A stretch of 64,000 nucleotides of DNA from an uncultured Actinomycetes bacterium (lineage in GTDB: Bacteria > Actinomycetota > UBA4738 > HRBIN12): assembly GCA_963816275.1 (NCBI GenBank), contig CAWFJU010000019.1, positions 13,601 through 77,600 on the forward strand, written 5' to 3'. Position 1 is the first letter of the stretch, and the number at the start of each line of letters is the position of its first letter. Shown in pieces: positions 31,831 to 41,101 of this stretch. Both the position numbers and the translations under genes were made by a program. The notes under the pieces were generated by a model. The model did no database searches, was not told the origin of the DNA, and was given only the letters and a program-made list of their open reading frames with translations.

Positions 31831-32916
31831 TCACCGTTGTGCCTTCGCATTGTGGACGGCGGGGTCGCCCGTGGCTGCGAACGTCACGACGAGTCCCAAG
31901 ATGGCCAGGTTGCGCCCGAGAAGTGCGAGCTGTGTCCTTTCAGGGCCGAGACCCGTGTGAAGCGCCCACCCGAGCGCGAGAACACCGGTGATAGCGATCG
32001 GGATGGCGACGGCCCACGACCATCTGGGTGATTCGTCACCTGCGATGGCTGCCCAAGGCACGAGCCAGACGATGTATTGGGGAGAGAGGACTGGCGACAT
32101 CAGCAGGAGCACCGAGATAGCGGCGACCGCCGACATGCCCGCCGGATCAGCGGCCCTTCGCGAAGCCTTCGCCCACACGAGCGCCAGGAGGCCAACCAAC
32201 ACCAACAACGCGACCGGGCTCCACCACGCCGGGATCATCCCGGTCCTGTTCGCGTCGAGTTCCATCCGATGCTCACCCGTCAGCATCCACACCACGACTC
32301 CGACGGAGGACTCGAGCTCCCACCCGGTTGCGCCCCGGAACGTCGACACCTGACGTATCGCGTCCAGGCCGCCGAAGCTCATCCACGCGATGAACGCCGC
32401 CATCGTCGACGCGACGAAGACGGTCAGGGCTTTGGTCGTGCGCTCGATGAGCCATATCGGCGTAAGGACGACCGGCCAGAACCTGGTCAGCGTGGATACC
32501 GCCATGGCGGCCCCGCCGCTCCGGGGTTTGCCACGGCGGGCGAGGACGAGTGCCACGACCGTCAGCGCAACGGTGAACAGGTCGGCACGTCGGTAGATGA
32601 AGGTAAGGAGCGGGATCCCGAGCCACAGATATCGCAGCGAGGTCGCTCGTCCCCATCCCTTCCGGATCGCGAGCCAAGCGGTCACGTCGCTCACGAAGGC
32701 GATCACCGCCAGGCCGGCCACCGCGGCTGCGCCCGACGAGGACCCCACGAGCAGCGCGATGAGCAGTTCGCCTGGCGCGTACTCGACGTCGACGTCGCGA
32801 TACGGCAGGCCGTCCGATCGAGCGATCTGCTGGTATCGGTCGGATGCGCTGTTGGCCACGTCGGGGACATCCGACGCCACCGAGATGACGATGACGACTC
32901 TGATGACGAGCAGCAA
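31831..32916 (-). CDS. Polytopic membrane protein, GT87/DUF2029-like glycosyltransferase (GT-C fold) candidate
   Basis: Intact 361-aa ORF with many transmembrane segments. The N-terminal loop DGLPYRDVDVEYAPGELL resembles the PYxDFxxEYPP motif of DUF2029 mannosyltransferase-like proteins. The only in-frame start at the 5' end is TTG. It is visibly less GC-rich than its neighbours. Confidence 0.55.
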   Translation of the reverse strand: MLLVIRVVIVISVASDVPDVANSASDRYQQIARSDGLPYRDVDVEYAPGELLIALLVGSSSGAAAVAGLAVIAFVSDVTAWLAIRKGWGRATSLRYLWLGIPLLTFIYRRADLFTVALTVVALVLARRGKPRSGGAAMAVSTLTRFWPVVLTPIWLIERTTKALTVFVASTMAAFIAWMSFGGLDAIRQVSTFRGATGWELESSVGVVVWMLTGEHRMELDANRTGMIPAWWSPVALLVLVGLLALVWAKASRRAADPAGMSAVAAISVLLLMSPVLSPQYIVWLVPWAAIAGDESPRWSWAVAIPIAITGVLALGWALHTGLGPERTQLALLGRNLAILGLVVTFAATGDPAVHNAKAQR

Positions 32917-32962
32917 GATCGTCTGCCACTCAGCTCGCCAACTCCTCGGCTCGATGTGGCCT

Positions 32963-32974
32963 CCCTCTCCCGGC
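32963..32974 (+). repeat. Direct repeat copy 2, CCCTCTCCCGGC (att-like partial copy of the tRNA-Leu 3' end)
   Basis: Lies in the 60-bp spacer between the GT87-like gene start and the oxidoreductase stop. The upstream GCTCGAT also echoes the tRNA T-loop GTTCGAT. Confidence 0.55.
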
Positions 32975-32976
32975 GC

Positions 32977-34128
32977 TCAGACGACGTTGCCCTCGGCGGC
33001 CAAACGGCGGCCGTCGAAGCGTTCCAGGCCGAGCTCGGTAACGTCGACCGTCCGGGCCGCGCCATCCACGATCAGCTCCCCCAGGATCTTCCCGACGACC
33101 GGGGCATGCTGGAAGCCGTGGCCGCTGAAGCCGTTCGCGAGCCAGAGCCCCTCCACCGGCGCCGGCCCGACGATCGGGTGGCGGTCGGGCGTCATCTCGT
33201 AGAGGCCGCACCACGATGACGCGATGCCGGCCTCCACGAGCGGCGGGAACACGCTGACCGCCGTGGGGAGCAGGTGCTCGGCCACGAACCGTTCGTCCAC
33301 GACGGTCTCGAACGACGGCCGCTCGTCCTGGTCGCCCATCCCCATCAGCACGCCTTCGCCCTCGCGGTGGAAGTAGCAGCTCGTCCCGGCGTCGATCACC
33401 AACGTGCGGCGTTCGGGCACGCCGGGGAACGCGCCGGTGGTGACCACGTTCCGCGGGATCGGCTCGAGCGGCAGCGTGACCCCGGCCGAGGCGGCGAGCA
33501 CGCCCGCCCACGGCCCAGCCGCGTTCACCACCACGGGAGTGCCGATCTGACCGGCGGACGTCGCGACGCCCGTCACCCGGTCGTGGTCGGTCGTCACGCC
33601 CGTCACCGTCACCCCGAGCCGCAGCTCGGCCCCGGCCCGTCGCGCCACGGTCGCGTAGCCCTGCGTGAGGCCGGCCGGGTCGGCGATCCCGTCATCCGGG
33701 CAGAAGGTGGCCGCCAGGATGCCGTCCACGTCCAGACCCGGCACGAGTTCCGCGGCGTCGACGGGCGCCAGCTCGCGCGCGTCGACGCCCAGCGAGCGCT
33801 GGAGATCGCCCGCCGCTCGGAAGGCCGCGATCTCATCCTCGGTGCGCAGCAGGAAGAGGTAGCCGTCCTGAACCACGTCGAGGGGGAGGCCGTGCGTCTC
33901 GGTGAACCCGACGATCATCGGCACGCTGGCGAGGGACAGCTCCACGTTGATCCGGCTCGAGAACTGGTGGCGGAACCCGCCCGCGCACCGGCCGGTCGAG
34001 CCCGTGCCGAGCGCATCCTCCCGTTCGAGCAGCAGCACGCGCCCGGCGCCGGCCGCCGCGAGGTGGTACGCGGCGCTCACGCCGACCACTCCACCACCCA
34101 CCACGACGACATCTGACGTCTGGTTCAC
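32977..34128 (-). CDS. FAD-dependent oxidoreductase (DAO family: sarcosine oxidase beta / D-amino-acid or opine oxidase-like)
   Basis: Intact 383 aa. It has the N-terminal dinucleotide fold VVVVGGGVVGVSAAYHLA, TGRCAGGF and the C-terminal GFSGHGFQHAPVVG motif typical of DAO-family enzymes. The start overlaps the upstream stop. Confidence 0.85.
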   Translation of the reverse strand: MNQTSDVVVVGGGVVGVSAAYHLAAAGAGRVLLLEREDALGTGSTGRCAGGFRHQFSSRINVELSLASVPMIVGFTETHGLPLDVVQDGYLFLLRTEDEIAAFRAAGDLQRSLGVDARELAPVDAAELVPGLDVDGILAATFCPDDGIADPAGLTQGYATVARRAGAELRLGVTVTGVTTDHDRVTGVATSAGQIGTPVVVNAAGPWAGVLAASAGVTLPLEPIPRNVVTTGAFPGVPERRTLVIDAGTSCYFHREGEGVLMGMGDQDERPSFETVVDERFVAEHLLPTAVSVFPPLVEAGIASSWCGLYEMTPDRHPIVGPAPVEGLWLANGFSGHGFQHAPVVGKILGELIVDGAARTVDVTELGLERFDGRRLAAEGNVV

Positions 34129-35072
34129 CCCATCGCCTCCATCACGGCCCGGGCCACGATCAGGTCCTCGAAGGCCATCCCCACCGACTCGAACAGCGTG
34201 ACGTCGTCGAGCGACCCACGCACGGCCCGGCCATCACGGATGACCTCCCGGAGGTCGGCGAGGATGTGCGCCGCCGTCACGACGCCCTCGGCGATCGGGA
34301 TCAGCAGGTCACCCGCCTCGGCGAGCGCCACGTCGCGCGCCTCGACCACGACCCGCGCCCGGCGCACCGTCTCGGTATCGACCTCGCGGGTCTCGGGCGT
34401 GTACGCCCCCACGGCGTTCACATGCGTGCCCGGCGACAGCCGTGCCCCGTCGAACAGCGGCGCGGGCGAGGTCGTGCACGTGCACACGAGATCAGCGTCA
34501 GCGACGTCGTCAGGAACGCCCGTGCGTGCATCGAGTCCCGCCCGCCGGGCCCGAGCCGCCACGGCCTCGGCTCGCTCAGGCGACCGCGACACGACGACCA
34601 CCTCGTCGACCGGGCGGACCGCGCGCATCGCCTCGAGGTGCGCGACCGCCTGCACCCCCGCTCCGAACACCACGAGGCGGTGGGCGTCGGGTCGCGCGAG
34701 GTGCCGCGTCGCGAGGCCGGATACCGCGGCGGTCCTCAGGGCGGTCAACGTGCCCCCGTCGATCACCGCCTCGGGCGCCTGCGTCTCCGGGTCGAATAGG
34801 ACGTATGCGGCGTGGAGGAACGGGATCCCGCGCTCCGGGTTGGTCGGGGTGAGGGTCACGAGCTTCACGCCGACGCCGCCCTCGCCGGCCGCCGGCATCG
34901 TGAGGAGCGTCCCCGCCGGGGTCTCGGCGACGCTCCGGAGCGGCGCGGTCTCCGCGTCCTGCTCGCGGAACCCCCGCTCGAGGGCGTCGATCGCGGCCGC
35001 CATCGGCAGCGCCGCCGCGAGGCTCGCCGCGTCGACCAGTCTCAGGCCTGGCGCCGGGCGATCCACCGTCAT
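34125..35072 (-). CDS. Ornithine cyclodeaminase / mu-crystallin family protein
   Basis: 315 aa from the internal ATG of ORF 34125..35603. Family features include GTLTALRTAAVSGLATRHLARPDA, VVFGAGVQA (Rossmann fold) and THVNAVGAYTPETRE. There is an ATGA overlap with the upstream gene. Confidence 0.85.
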   Translation of the reverse strand: MTVDRPAPGLRLVDAASLAAALPMAAAIDALERGFREQDAETAPLRSVAETPAGTLLTMPAAGEGGVGVKLVTLTPTNPERGIPFLHAAYVLFDPETQAPEAVIDGGTLTALRTAAVSGLATRHLARPDAHRLVVFGAGVQAVAHLEAMRAVRPVDEVVVVSRSPERAEAVAARARRAGLDARTGVPDDVADADLVCTCTTSPAPLFDGARLSPGTHVNAVGAYTPETREVDTETVRRARVVVEARDVALAEAGDLLIPIAEGVVTAAHILADLREVIRDGRAVRGSLDDVTLFESVGMAFEDLIVARAVMEAMG

Positions 35073-36418
35073 GGGACGAGATCGGCCACGGATACCGTCT
35101 CGGTGTAGACGGGGTCGGCCGGCGGCCGGGCGGGATCGAGGGCCGACACGGGGACCGACGGCATGCGGAAGACGCCCATCCGCGCCTCCGAGGCGCAGTC
35201 GCCCGCCTCGGTGCAGCTCAGGGTCCCGGTCAGCCCGGTGTAGGCGTCGGTGCCGAAGGCGACCTCGCGAAGGGCCGACCGCCTGATCGTCAATCCGCCG
35301 TCCCCGTCCTCCCCCGCCCGGGCCACCGCGTCCAGGAGGACGCTCGCCGCGTCGAACGCGTAGGCGAACGCCGGGGAGGGCGGCACGTTCCCGTACTGCG
35401 CCTCGTACGCGGGCAGGACCACGGATCGGTAGAAGTCCTCCGTCGACCGCGGGGTCAGATCGGGCGCGACCACGTACGCGCCGTCGAGCACCGCGTCGCC
35501 CGGCACGGCGGCGTCCGCGGCATCGGTGCACCCGCCCGAGACCAGCACCGCGGTGTCGGCCAGCCCCTGCGTGTCGGCCGCCTCGTGCGCGATCGGCGCG
35601 CACGCCAGGGCCTCGCCGTCCAGGCTCAGGTAGACGACGTCCGGCGGCGTCTCACCCAGACGTCCGAGCGCCCGCCTGAGCGCCGCCTCGCCGTCCACGA
35701 CCTCGGACGAGACCACCACTCGGTCCTCTCCCTCCTCGAAGCGGGTCCTGAACGCATCCGCGGGCCCTCCCGTCGCGTCGTCGCCCTGGCGGATCGTCGC
35801 CGCCGTCGCCGCGTCGAGCGCCCCGGTCGCGAAGTCGGCCGCGGTGCGCCCTTCGAGGGCGGCGTTGACGGCGACCCGCAGGTAGAAGTCCCGGTGGGCC
35901 GTGGGGTCGGTGAGGGCCGGCTCGGCGTTCGTCGGCGAGATGAGGAGGACGCCGTCGGCCGAGAGCGCGTCGGCGGCCGCGGCGGCCGACGCCGAGCAGG
36001 TCGTGCCGATCACGCCGACCAGGCCTGGGAGGTTCGCGAGCGCCTGCGCTCCCGTGCCTCCCGACGTTGCGGTGCACCGATCCTCGGTGGGGGCGACCAC
36101 GATGTCGTGGCCTGACAGCCTCCCGGGCGCGCCGTCGAAGGTCCCGTCGAGGTAGTCCACCGCCATCCCGACGCCGCGGAGGCCATCGATGCCGGCGGTC
36201 TCGGCATCGCCGCTCGCCGCGAGCAGGGCGCCGATCCGGATCGGCTCTCCATCGGGGATCACGATCGAGCCGAAGGGATCCGGCGTGGGCGACGACGGGT
36301 TGCCGCTGACACCTGAGCCGACGCAGGCGGCCGAGGCCATGGCCACGACCAGGGCGGATGCCGCCCACCGCCTTGCGAACCGGACTCGTGTCACGCCGCG
36401 CCTTTCGGGAACCGGCAT
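35069..36418 (-). CDS. Branched-chain-type (PBP1) ABC substrate-binding lipoprotein, second copy in the operon
   Basis: Intact 449 aa with a signal and lipobox (VVAMASAAC). It is similar in layout to the binding protein at 41102..42430 (PIRIGALLAASGD...GVIGTTCSASA...ISPTNAEPALTDP). Confidence 0.75.
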   Translation of the reverse strand: MPVPERRGVTRVRFARRWAASALVVAMASAACVGSGVSGNPSSPTPDPFGSIVIPDGEPIRIGALLAASGDAETAGIDGLRGVGMAVDYLDGTFDGAPGRLSGHDIVVAPTEDRCTATSGGTGAQALANLPGLVGVIGTTCSASAAAAADALSADGVLLISPTNAEPALTDPTAHRDFYLRVAVNAALEGRTAADFATGALDAATAATIRQGDDATGGPADAFRTRFEEGEDRVVVSSEVVDGEAALRRALGRLGETPPDVVYLSLDGEALACAPIAHEAADTQGLADTAVLVSGGCTDAADAAVPGDAVLDGAYVVAPDLTPRSTEDFYRSVVLPAYEAQYGNVPPSPAFAYAFDAASVLLDAVARAGEDGDGGLTIRRSALREVAFGTDAYTGLTGTLSCTEAGDCASEARMGVFRMPSVPVSALDPARPPADPVYTETVSVADLVP

Positions 36419-36525
36419 CGATGGGCCGGGATCGCCGCCACCGTCATCGATCGCCCGACCGCGGGCGGGTGCGGGCGCCGACGTAACCTACCAACCCCGG
36501 GATCTACCCTGGGTCCGCATCACGC

Positions 36526-37266
36526 TCAGAGCTCGCCGAGGTAGGCCTCGCGCATCATCGGGTTGGCGAGCAGACGCTCGGCGGTGTCCGCGAGCACCAC
36601 CTGGCCGGTCTGGATCACGTAGCCACGGTCGGCGATCGACAGGGCCATGTTCGCGTTCTGCTCGACCACGAAGACCGTGCGGCCGAGGCTCCTGATCGTC
36701 TTGATGATCTCGAAGACCTGGTCGACCAGGAGCGGTGCGAGGCCCATCGACGGCTCGTCCATCAAGAGGACCTTCGGGTCGGCCATCAGGGCGCGGCCCA
36801 TCGCCACCATCTGCTGCTCGCCGCCCGAGAGCGTTCCGGCCTTCTGCTTCAGGCGCTCGCGGACCCGGGGGAAGGTCTCGAGGATCTGCTCCCGGTCGCG
36901 CTTGATGCCGTCCGTGTCGGTGCGCTGGTACGCGCCGAGGTCCAGGTTCTCCGAGACGGTCATGTCGGAGAAGAGGCGCCGGTTCTCCGGCACCATCGAG
37001 ATCCCTCGGCGCACCACCTCGGTCGTGTTGAGCCCCGAGATCACCTGGCCGTCGAGGAGCACCTGGCCCTCGGAGGGCGCCACGTAGCCGAGGATCGTTT
37101 TGAGGGTCGTGGTCTTGCCGCTCGCGTTCCCGCCCAGGAGGCAGACCATCTCGCCCTCGTAGATCTGCATGTCCACGTTGCGGAGCACCGAGACGAGGCC
37201 GTAATGCGTGCTGACGTTCTTCAGCTCGAGCAGGACCCGGCGCTCCCCACCGTTCGCGTCGCTCAT
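36526..37266 (-). CDS. livF: Branched-chain amino-acid ABC transporter ATP-binding protein LivF
   Basis: 246 aa from M156 of ORF 36526..37731. Motifs are GGNASGKTTTLKTILG, LSGGEQQMVAMGRALMADPKVLLMDEPSMGLAP and the C-terminal NPMMREAYLG. Confidence 0.9.
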   Translation of the reverse strand: MSDANGGERRVLLELKNVSTHYGLVSVLRNVDMQIYEGEMVCLLGGNASGKTTTLKTILGYVAPSEGQVLLDGQVISGLNTTEVVRRGISMVPENRRLFSDMTVSENLDLGAYQRTDTDGIKRDREQILETFPRVRERLKQKAGTLSGGEQQMVAMGRALMADPKVLLMDEPSMGLAPLLVDQVFEIIKTIRSLGRTVFVVEQNANMALSIADRGYVIQTGQVVLADTAERLLANPMMREAYLGEL

Positions 37267-38045
37267 CCGACCGCCTTCGTGCCCAGGTACGCCTCGATCA
37301 CGTGCTCGTCGTTCGCGACCTCGTCGTAGGTGCCCTCGGCGATCCGCTGGCCGTAGTCGAGGGCGACGACCCGGTCCGAGACGCCCTTGACCACGCGCAT
37401 GTCGTGCTCGATCACGAGGATCGTCAGTCCTCGCTCGTCTCGCATCCGCTTGATGTTGTCGCGCAACTCCAGGGTCTCCCGCGGGTTCATGCCCGCCGTG
37501 GGCTCGTCCAGCAGCAGCAACGAGGGCTCCGTGGCCATCGCTCGGGCCATCTCGAGGCGGCGCCGGTTCGCGTACGACAGAGCGTTCGCGGGCTGGTCCT
37601 CGCGGTAGCCCGAGAGCCGTGTCCCGAAGAACGACAGGGCCTCCTTGGCTCGCTCCCGGATCCGTTCCTCCTCGGCCTTGGTCTTGGGGGTGCGGAAGAC
37701 CGCTCCGAAGACCCCCGCCCTGGACCGGCAATGCTGACCGACCATCGCGTTCTCGAGGACCGTCATGTTGGGGAAGAGCTTCACGTTCTGGAACGTGCGC
37801 GCGATGCCCAGCTTCGTGACCTGACTGGGCAGCCGGCCGAGGATCGATTCGCCCCGGAGCCGCACGTCGCCGGCATCGGGCGCGTACAGCCCGGTGATCA
37901 CGTTGAACACCGTGCTCTTGCCCGCGCCGTTGGGACCGATCACCGAGACGATCTCGCCCTCGTCGACGTGGAGGTCGAGCTCGTTCAGCGCATAGAGGCC
38001 CCCGAAGTGCTTGGAGACTCCGTCGACCTCGAGCAGCCGCGTCAC
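37263..38045 (-). CDS. livG: Branched-chain amino-acid ABC transporter ATP-binding protein LivG
   Basis: 260 aa from V217 of ORF 37263..38693. Motifs are GPNGAGKSTVFNVITG, the LivG-type insertion and C-terminus (NDEHVIEAYLG), and LSYANRRRLEMARAMATEPSLLLLDEPTAGMNP. Confidence 0.9.
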   Translation of the reverse strand: MTRLLEVDGVSKHFGGLYALNELDLHVDEGEIVSVIGPNGAGKSTVFNVITGLYAPDAGDVRLRGESILGRLPSQVTKLGIARTFQNVKLFPNMTVLENAMVGQHCRSRAGVFGAVFRTPKTKAEEERIRERAKEALSFFGTRLSGYREDQPANALSYANRRRLEMARAMATEPSLLLLDEPTAGMNPRETLELRDNIKRMRDERGLTILVIEHDMRVVKGVSDRVVALDYGQRIAEGTYDEVANDEHVIEAYLGTKAVG

Positions 38046-39910
38046 GTCAGCGCACCTCCGGTGGGCCCGGGGGCGTCGGTGGCGTCCTGTTCGAGGAGGT
38101 GCTTCGCCCACTGGTCCTGCGAACGCTCGTCCTCCTGGAGCTCGCGGCTCACCCGCACGTTCGGCACCAGCCCCTGCGGGCGGAGCAGCATGATCGCGAT
38201 CAGGACGGCGCCGTAGATCAGCAGGCGGTAGTCCTCGAACTGGGTCAGCAGGCCCGGCAGCCCGATCAGGACCAGCGCGCCCACGACGACGCCGGGGATC
38301 GACCCGAGGCCGCCGAGGATGATCACGGCCAGTGCGGTGATCGACACGAGGATCTGGAAGCTCGCGATCGTGAGGGACCCGAGGCTGACGGCGAACAGCG
38401 CCCCCCCGACCGAGCCGACCGCGCCGCCCATCGCGAACGCCAGGAGCTTGAACTTGGTCGTGCTGATCCCCATCGCGTCGGCGACCTGCTCGTCCTCGCG
38501 CATCGCGTTCCACGCGCGTCCGACCCGCGAGCCCTGCAGCCGCCACGACACGAAGACGGCCAACAGGCAGAAGACGAGGACCAGCAGGTAGAAGTGTTCG
38601 GGGTCGGCCTGGAAGTCCATCGGGACCCCGGGGATGGCCGCCGTCGTGATGCCGCTCATGCCGAGCGAGCCGCCGAACAGGTTCTGGGCCCACGTCGAGC
38701 CGAAGATCACGCGGGCGATCTCACCGAAGCCCAGCGTGACGATCGCGAGGTAGTCGCCGCGCAGCCGGAGCACCGGCGCGCCGATGAGCACGCCCACGAG
38801 TGCCGCGATCGCGATCACGATCGGCAACGCCACGTAGAACGACAGGCCGAGCCCGAAGGTCGGGGGCTCGTACCCCGTGAACGTCACGCGCTGACCCCCC
38901 GTCAGGATCGCGGTGAAGTACGCGCCCACGGCGAAGAACGCCACGTAGCCGAGGTCGAGCAGGCCCGCGAAGCCCACCACGATGTTCAGGCCGAGCCCCA
39001 GGAGCAGGAAGATCCCGACCGTCCCGAGGATCCGGGAGACGACCGGCCCGACGAGGTACGGGAGGAAGGCCACGATGACGGCGACGACGCACCAAGCGAC
39101 GATCGCGAGGCCGCGCCGGCTGAGCCCGGCGTCGAGCGAGGTGCGACGGTCGGGCGCACCATCGTCCGGCGCCGCGTCCGCCGCGGCGGGCATGGGCGGC
39201 GCTGCCGGTGCCCCGTACCTCGTGGGCAGCAAGATCGCCAGGAGCTTCCTGCCGAGGTGGAACCTGACGGCCGCCGCCGTGAGCGCGTAGACCACGGCGC
39301 CGCCGATCCACGTTAACCCGGACGTGATCTTCGAGTACAGCCAGTCCTTCTCGACGTTGACCTGGTCGAACGCGGGGGCGATCACCCGCTGGAGGAGCGC
39401 GACGACGACGATCGCCGCGAGGCCCGATGCGATCGGCGTTCGAACTTCCTTGGGAAGGACGCGCAGGGCGCCGCCCGCGGCCCCCACGGCGGTCGTGCCG
39501 ACGATCATGACGATGGCCGCCGGGATCGGATCCAGGTGGAACCGCATGATCTCGATCAGCGTGGGCGACACCGCGACGAACACCTGGCGTACGGTCTCGA
39601 TCCCGAGCACGCTCACGAGGACCAGGCCGAGCTCGACCACGATCCCGGCCACGAGCCCGGCGGTCGCACCCCCGACCGCCGCCCCGCCCGGCTTCGCCAC
39701 CCGTCGTTCTCCCGCCACGACCCGCGGCCTCGCGACGAACCATCCCACGACCGCGGCTGGTAGGAAGATCAAGATCGAGTCCATGCCGACGCTCCCGATG
39801 ATCACCAGGTCGTCGAGCCGTTCGATCATGCCGACAAGGGCGAGGTAGATCACCACGATCCCGCCGATCGCCCCCGCGCGCAGCGTCGAACGGAGCATGA
39901 CTCGGCCCAT
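38042..39910 (-). CDS. livM: Branched-chain amino-acid ABC transporter permease LivM with an extra N-terminal membrane domain of about 290 aa
   Basis: 622 aa by residue count, from MGRVMLRSTL inside ORF 38042..40846. The C-terminal 330 aa are typical LivM (GLNIVVGFAGLLDLGYVAFFAVGAY...REDEQVADAMGISTTKFKLLAFAMGG). Confidence 0.85.
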   Translation of the reverse strand: MGRVMLRSTLRAGAIGGIVVIYLALVGMIERLDDLVIIGSVGMDSILIFLPAAVVGWFVARPRVVAGERRVAKPGGAAVGGATAGLVAGIVVELGLVLVSVLGIETVRQVFVAVSPTLIEIMRFHLDPIPAAIVMIVGTTAVGAAGGALRVLPKEVRTPIASGLAAIVVVALLQRVIAPAFDQVNVEKDWLYSKITSGLTWIGGAVVYALTAAAVRFHLGRKLLAILLPTRYGAPAAPPMPAAADAAPDDGAPDRRTSLDAGLSRRGLAIVAWCVVAVIVAFLPYLVGPVVSRILGTVGIFLLLGLGLNIVVGFAGLLDLGYVAFFAVGAYFTAILTGGQRVTFTGYEPPTFGLGLSFYVALPIVIAIAALVGVLIGAPVLRLRGDYLAIVTLGFGEIARVIFGSTWAQNLFGGSLGMSGITTAAIPGVPMDFQADPEHFYLLVLVFCLLAVFVSWRLQGSRVGRAWNAMREDEQVADAMGISTTKFKLLAFAMGGAVGSVGGALFAVSLGSLTIASFQILVSITALAVIILGGLGSIPGVVVGALVLIGLPGLLTQFEDYRLLIYGAVLIAIMLLRPQGLVPNVRVSRELQEDERSQDQWAKHLLEQDATDAPGPTGGALT

Positions 39911-41016
39911 CAGACCTTCTCCGCCTCTCCGGTGCCGAGGATCCCGCCCGGACGGAAGATCAGGACGAGCACGAGGATCGAGAAGGTGATCACGCCGCGG
40001 AGCTCGAACGGCGAGGGCACGTGGACCCCGCTCAGGAGCAGGTACGGCCCGACCGACTCGGCCACTCCGAGGATCAGGCCGCCGATCGCCGCTCCGGGGA
40101 CGCTGCCGATGCCGCCGAGGACGGCGGCCGTGAAGGCGGCGATCCCCGGGAGGAACCCCATCGTGGCACCCACCTGACCGAACGTGAGCGCGTAGAGCAC
40201 GCCCGCGATCCCCGCGAGCATGCCGCCGAGGATGAACGTGGTCACGACGACGCGATCGACGTCGATGCCCATCAGGCTCGCGATCTCGCGATCCTGAGCG
40301 ACGGCCCGCATCGACTTGCCGGTCTTCGTCCGCTTCACGAAGAACTGGAGCGCCACCATCACGGAGATGGCCGTGACGATCACCACGGGGTCGATCTTGT
40401 CGAAGCTCACCTGGCCGACCTGGACCGTGCCGTCCAGGATCGAGGGTCGCGGGTAGCCGCGCGTCTGCGAGCCGAAGAACCCCTGGAACGAGTTCTGCAG
40501 GAAGAGCGAGGCTCCGATCGCCGTGATCAGCGGCACGAGCCGTGGGGCGTTGCGGAGCGGCCGGTAGCACACACGTTCCAGGAGCACGGCGATCCCCGTC
40601 GAGACGCCCATCCCGACGAGGAACAAGATCCCGAGCGCTGCCCAGGGGTGGTCGTTCAGGAAGCCGCTCTCCGCGTACGCGGTGGCGAAGAAGTACGAGC
40701 CGAAGGCTCCCGCCATGAACACCTCGCCGTGGGCGAAGTTGATCATCCGCAGGATCCCGTAGACGAGCGTGTACCCGAGCGCGATCAGCGCGTACACGGC
40801 GCCGAGGGCGAGGCCGATCACGAGGAGGTTCGCCCAGAACGACCACCCGAGGCGTTCGGCTTCGGGCAGGGTGAGGGTCTTGTAGATGCCGCCGCCCACC
40901 ACGACCGCGATCGCGACCGTGAGGACCGTGAGGATGATCCGTCGGGTCGGCAGCCGCTCCAGGCGGCTCAGCTCCCGGACGGACGGCGTCTCCGCCCGGA
41001 CCCCCTCCTTGGCCAT
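39910..41016 (-). CDS. livH: Branched-chain amino-acid ABC transporter permease LivH
   Basis: Intact 368-aa ORF (GYTLVYGILRMINFAHGEVFMAGAF...AVAQDREIASLMGIDVDRVV...). Confidence 0.9.
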   Translation of the reverse strand: MAKEGVRAETPSVRELSRLERLPTRRIILTVLTVAIAVVVGGGIYKTLTLPEAERLGWSFWANLLVIGLALGAVYALIALGYTLVYGILRMINFAHGEVFMAGAFGSYFFATAYAESGFLNDHPWAALGILFLVGMGVSTGIAVLLERVCYRPLRNAPRLVPLITAIGASLFLQNSFQGFFGSQTRGYPRPSILDGTVQVGQVSFDKIDPVVIVTAISVMVALQFFVKRTKTGKSMRAVAQDREIASLMGIDVDRVVVTTFILGGMLAGIAGVLYALTFGQVGATMGFLPGIAAFTAAVLGGIGSVPGAAIGGLILGVAESVGPYLLLSGVHVPSPFELRGVITFSILVLVLIFRPGGILGTGEAEKV

Positions 41017-41048
41017 GACCCCCCTACCCCATCGAACAACGCGTACGA

Positions 41049-41078
41049 GGCGGGCGGGCGCCTGCGCGCCCGCCCGCC
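41049..41078 (-). terminator. Strong GC hairpin (13-bp perfect stem GGCGGGCGGGCGC / GCGCCCGCCCGCC, 4-nt loop) between the binding-protein gene and livH
   Basis: Read directly. Coordinates were cross-checked against ORF 40021..41136. It probably acts as an intra-operon attenuator or mRNA stabiliser. It has no clear U-tract. Confidence 0.45.
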
Positions 41079-41101
41079 GTCGTTCGCTATGTCACGAGAC
41101 G

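Noticed and set aside
31660-33000. An integrase, transposase or phage gene associated with the tRNA-Leu insertion.
   Set aside because: The only ORF between the direct repeats is the GT87-like membrane protein. No recombinase motifs appear in any frame, so the element is reported only as a possible remnant.
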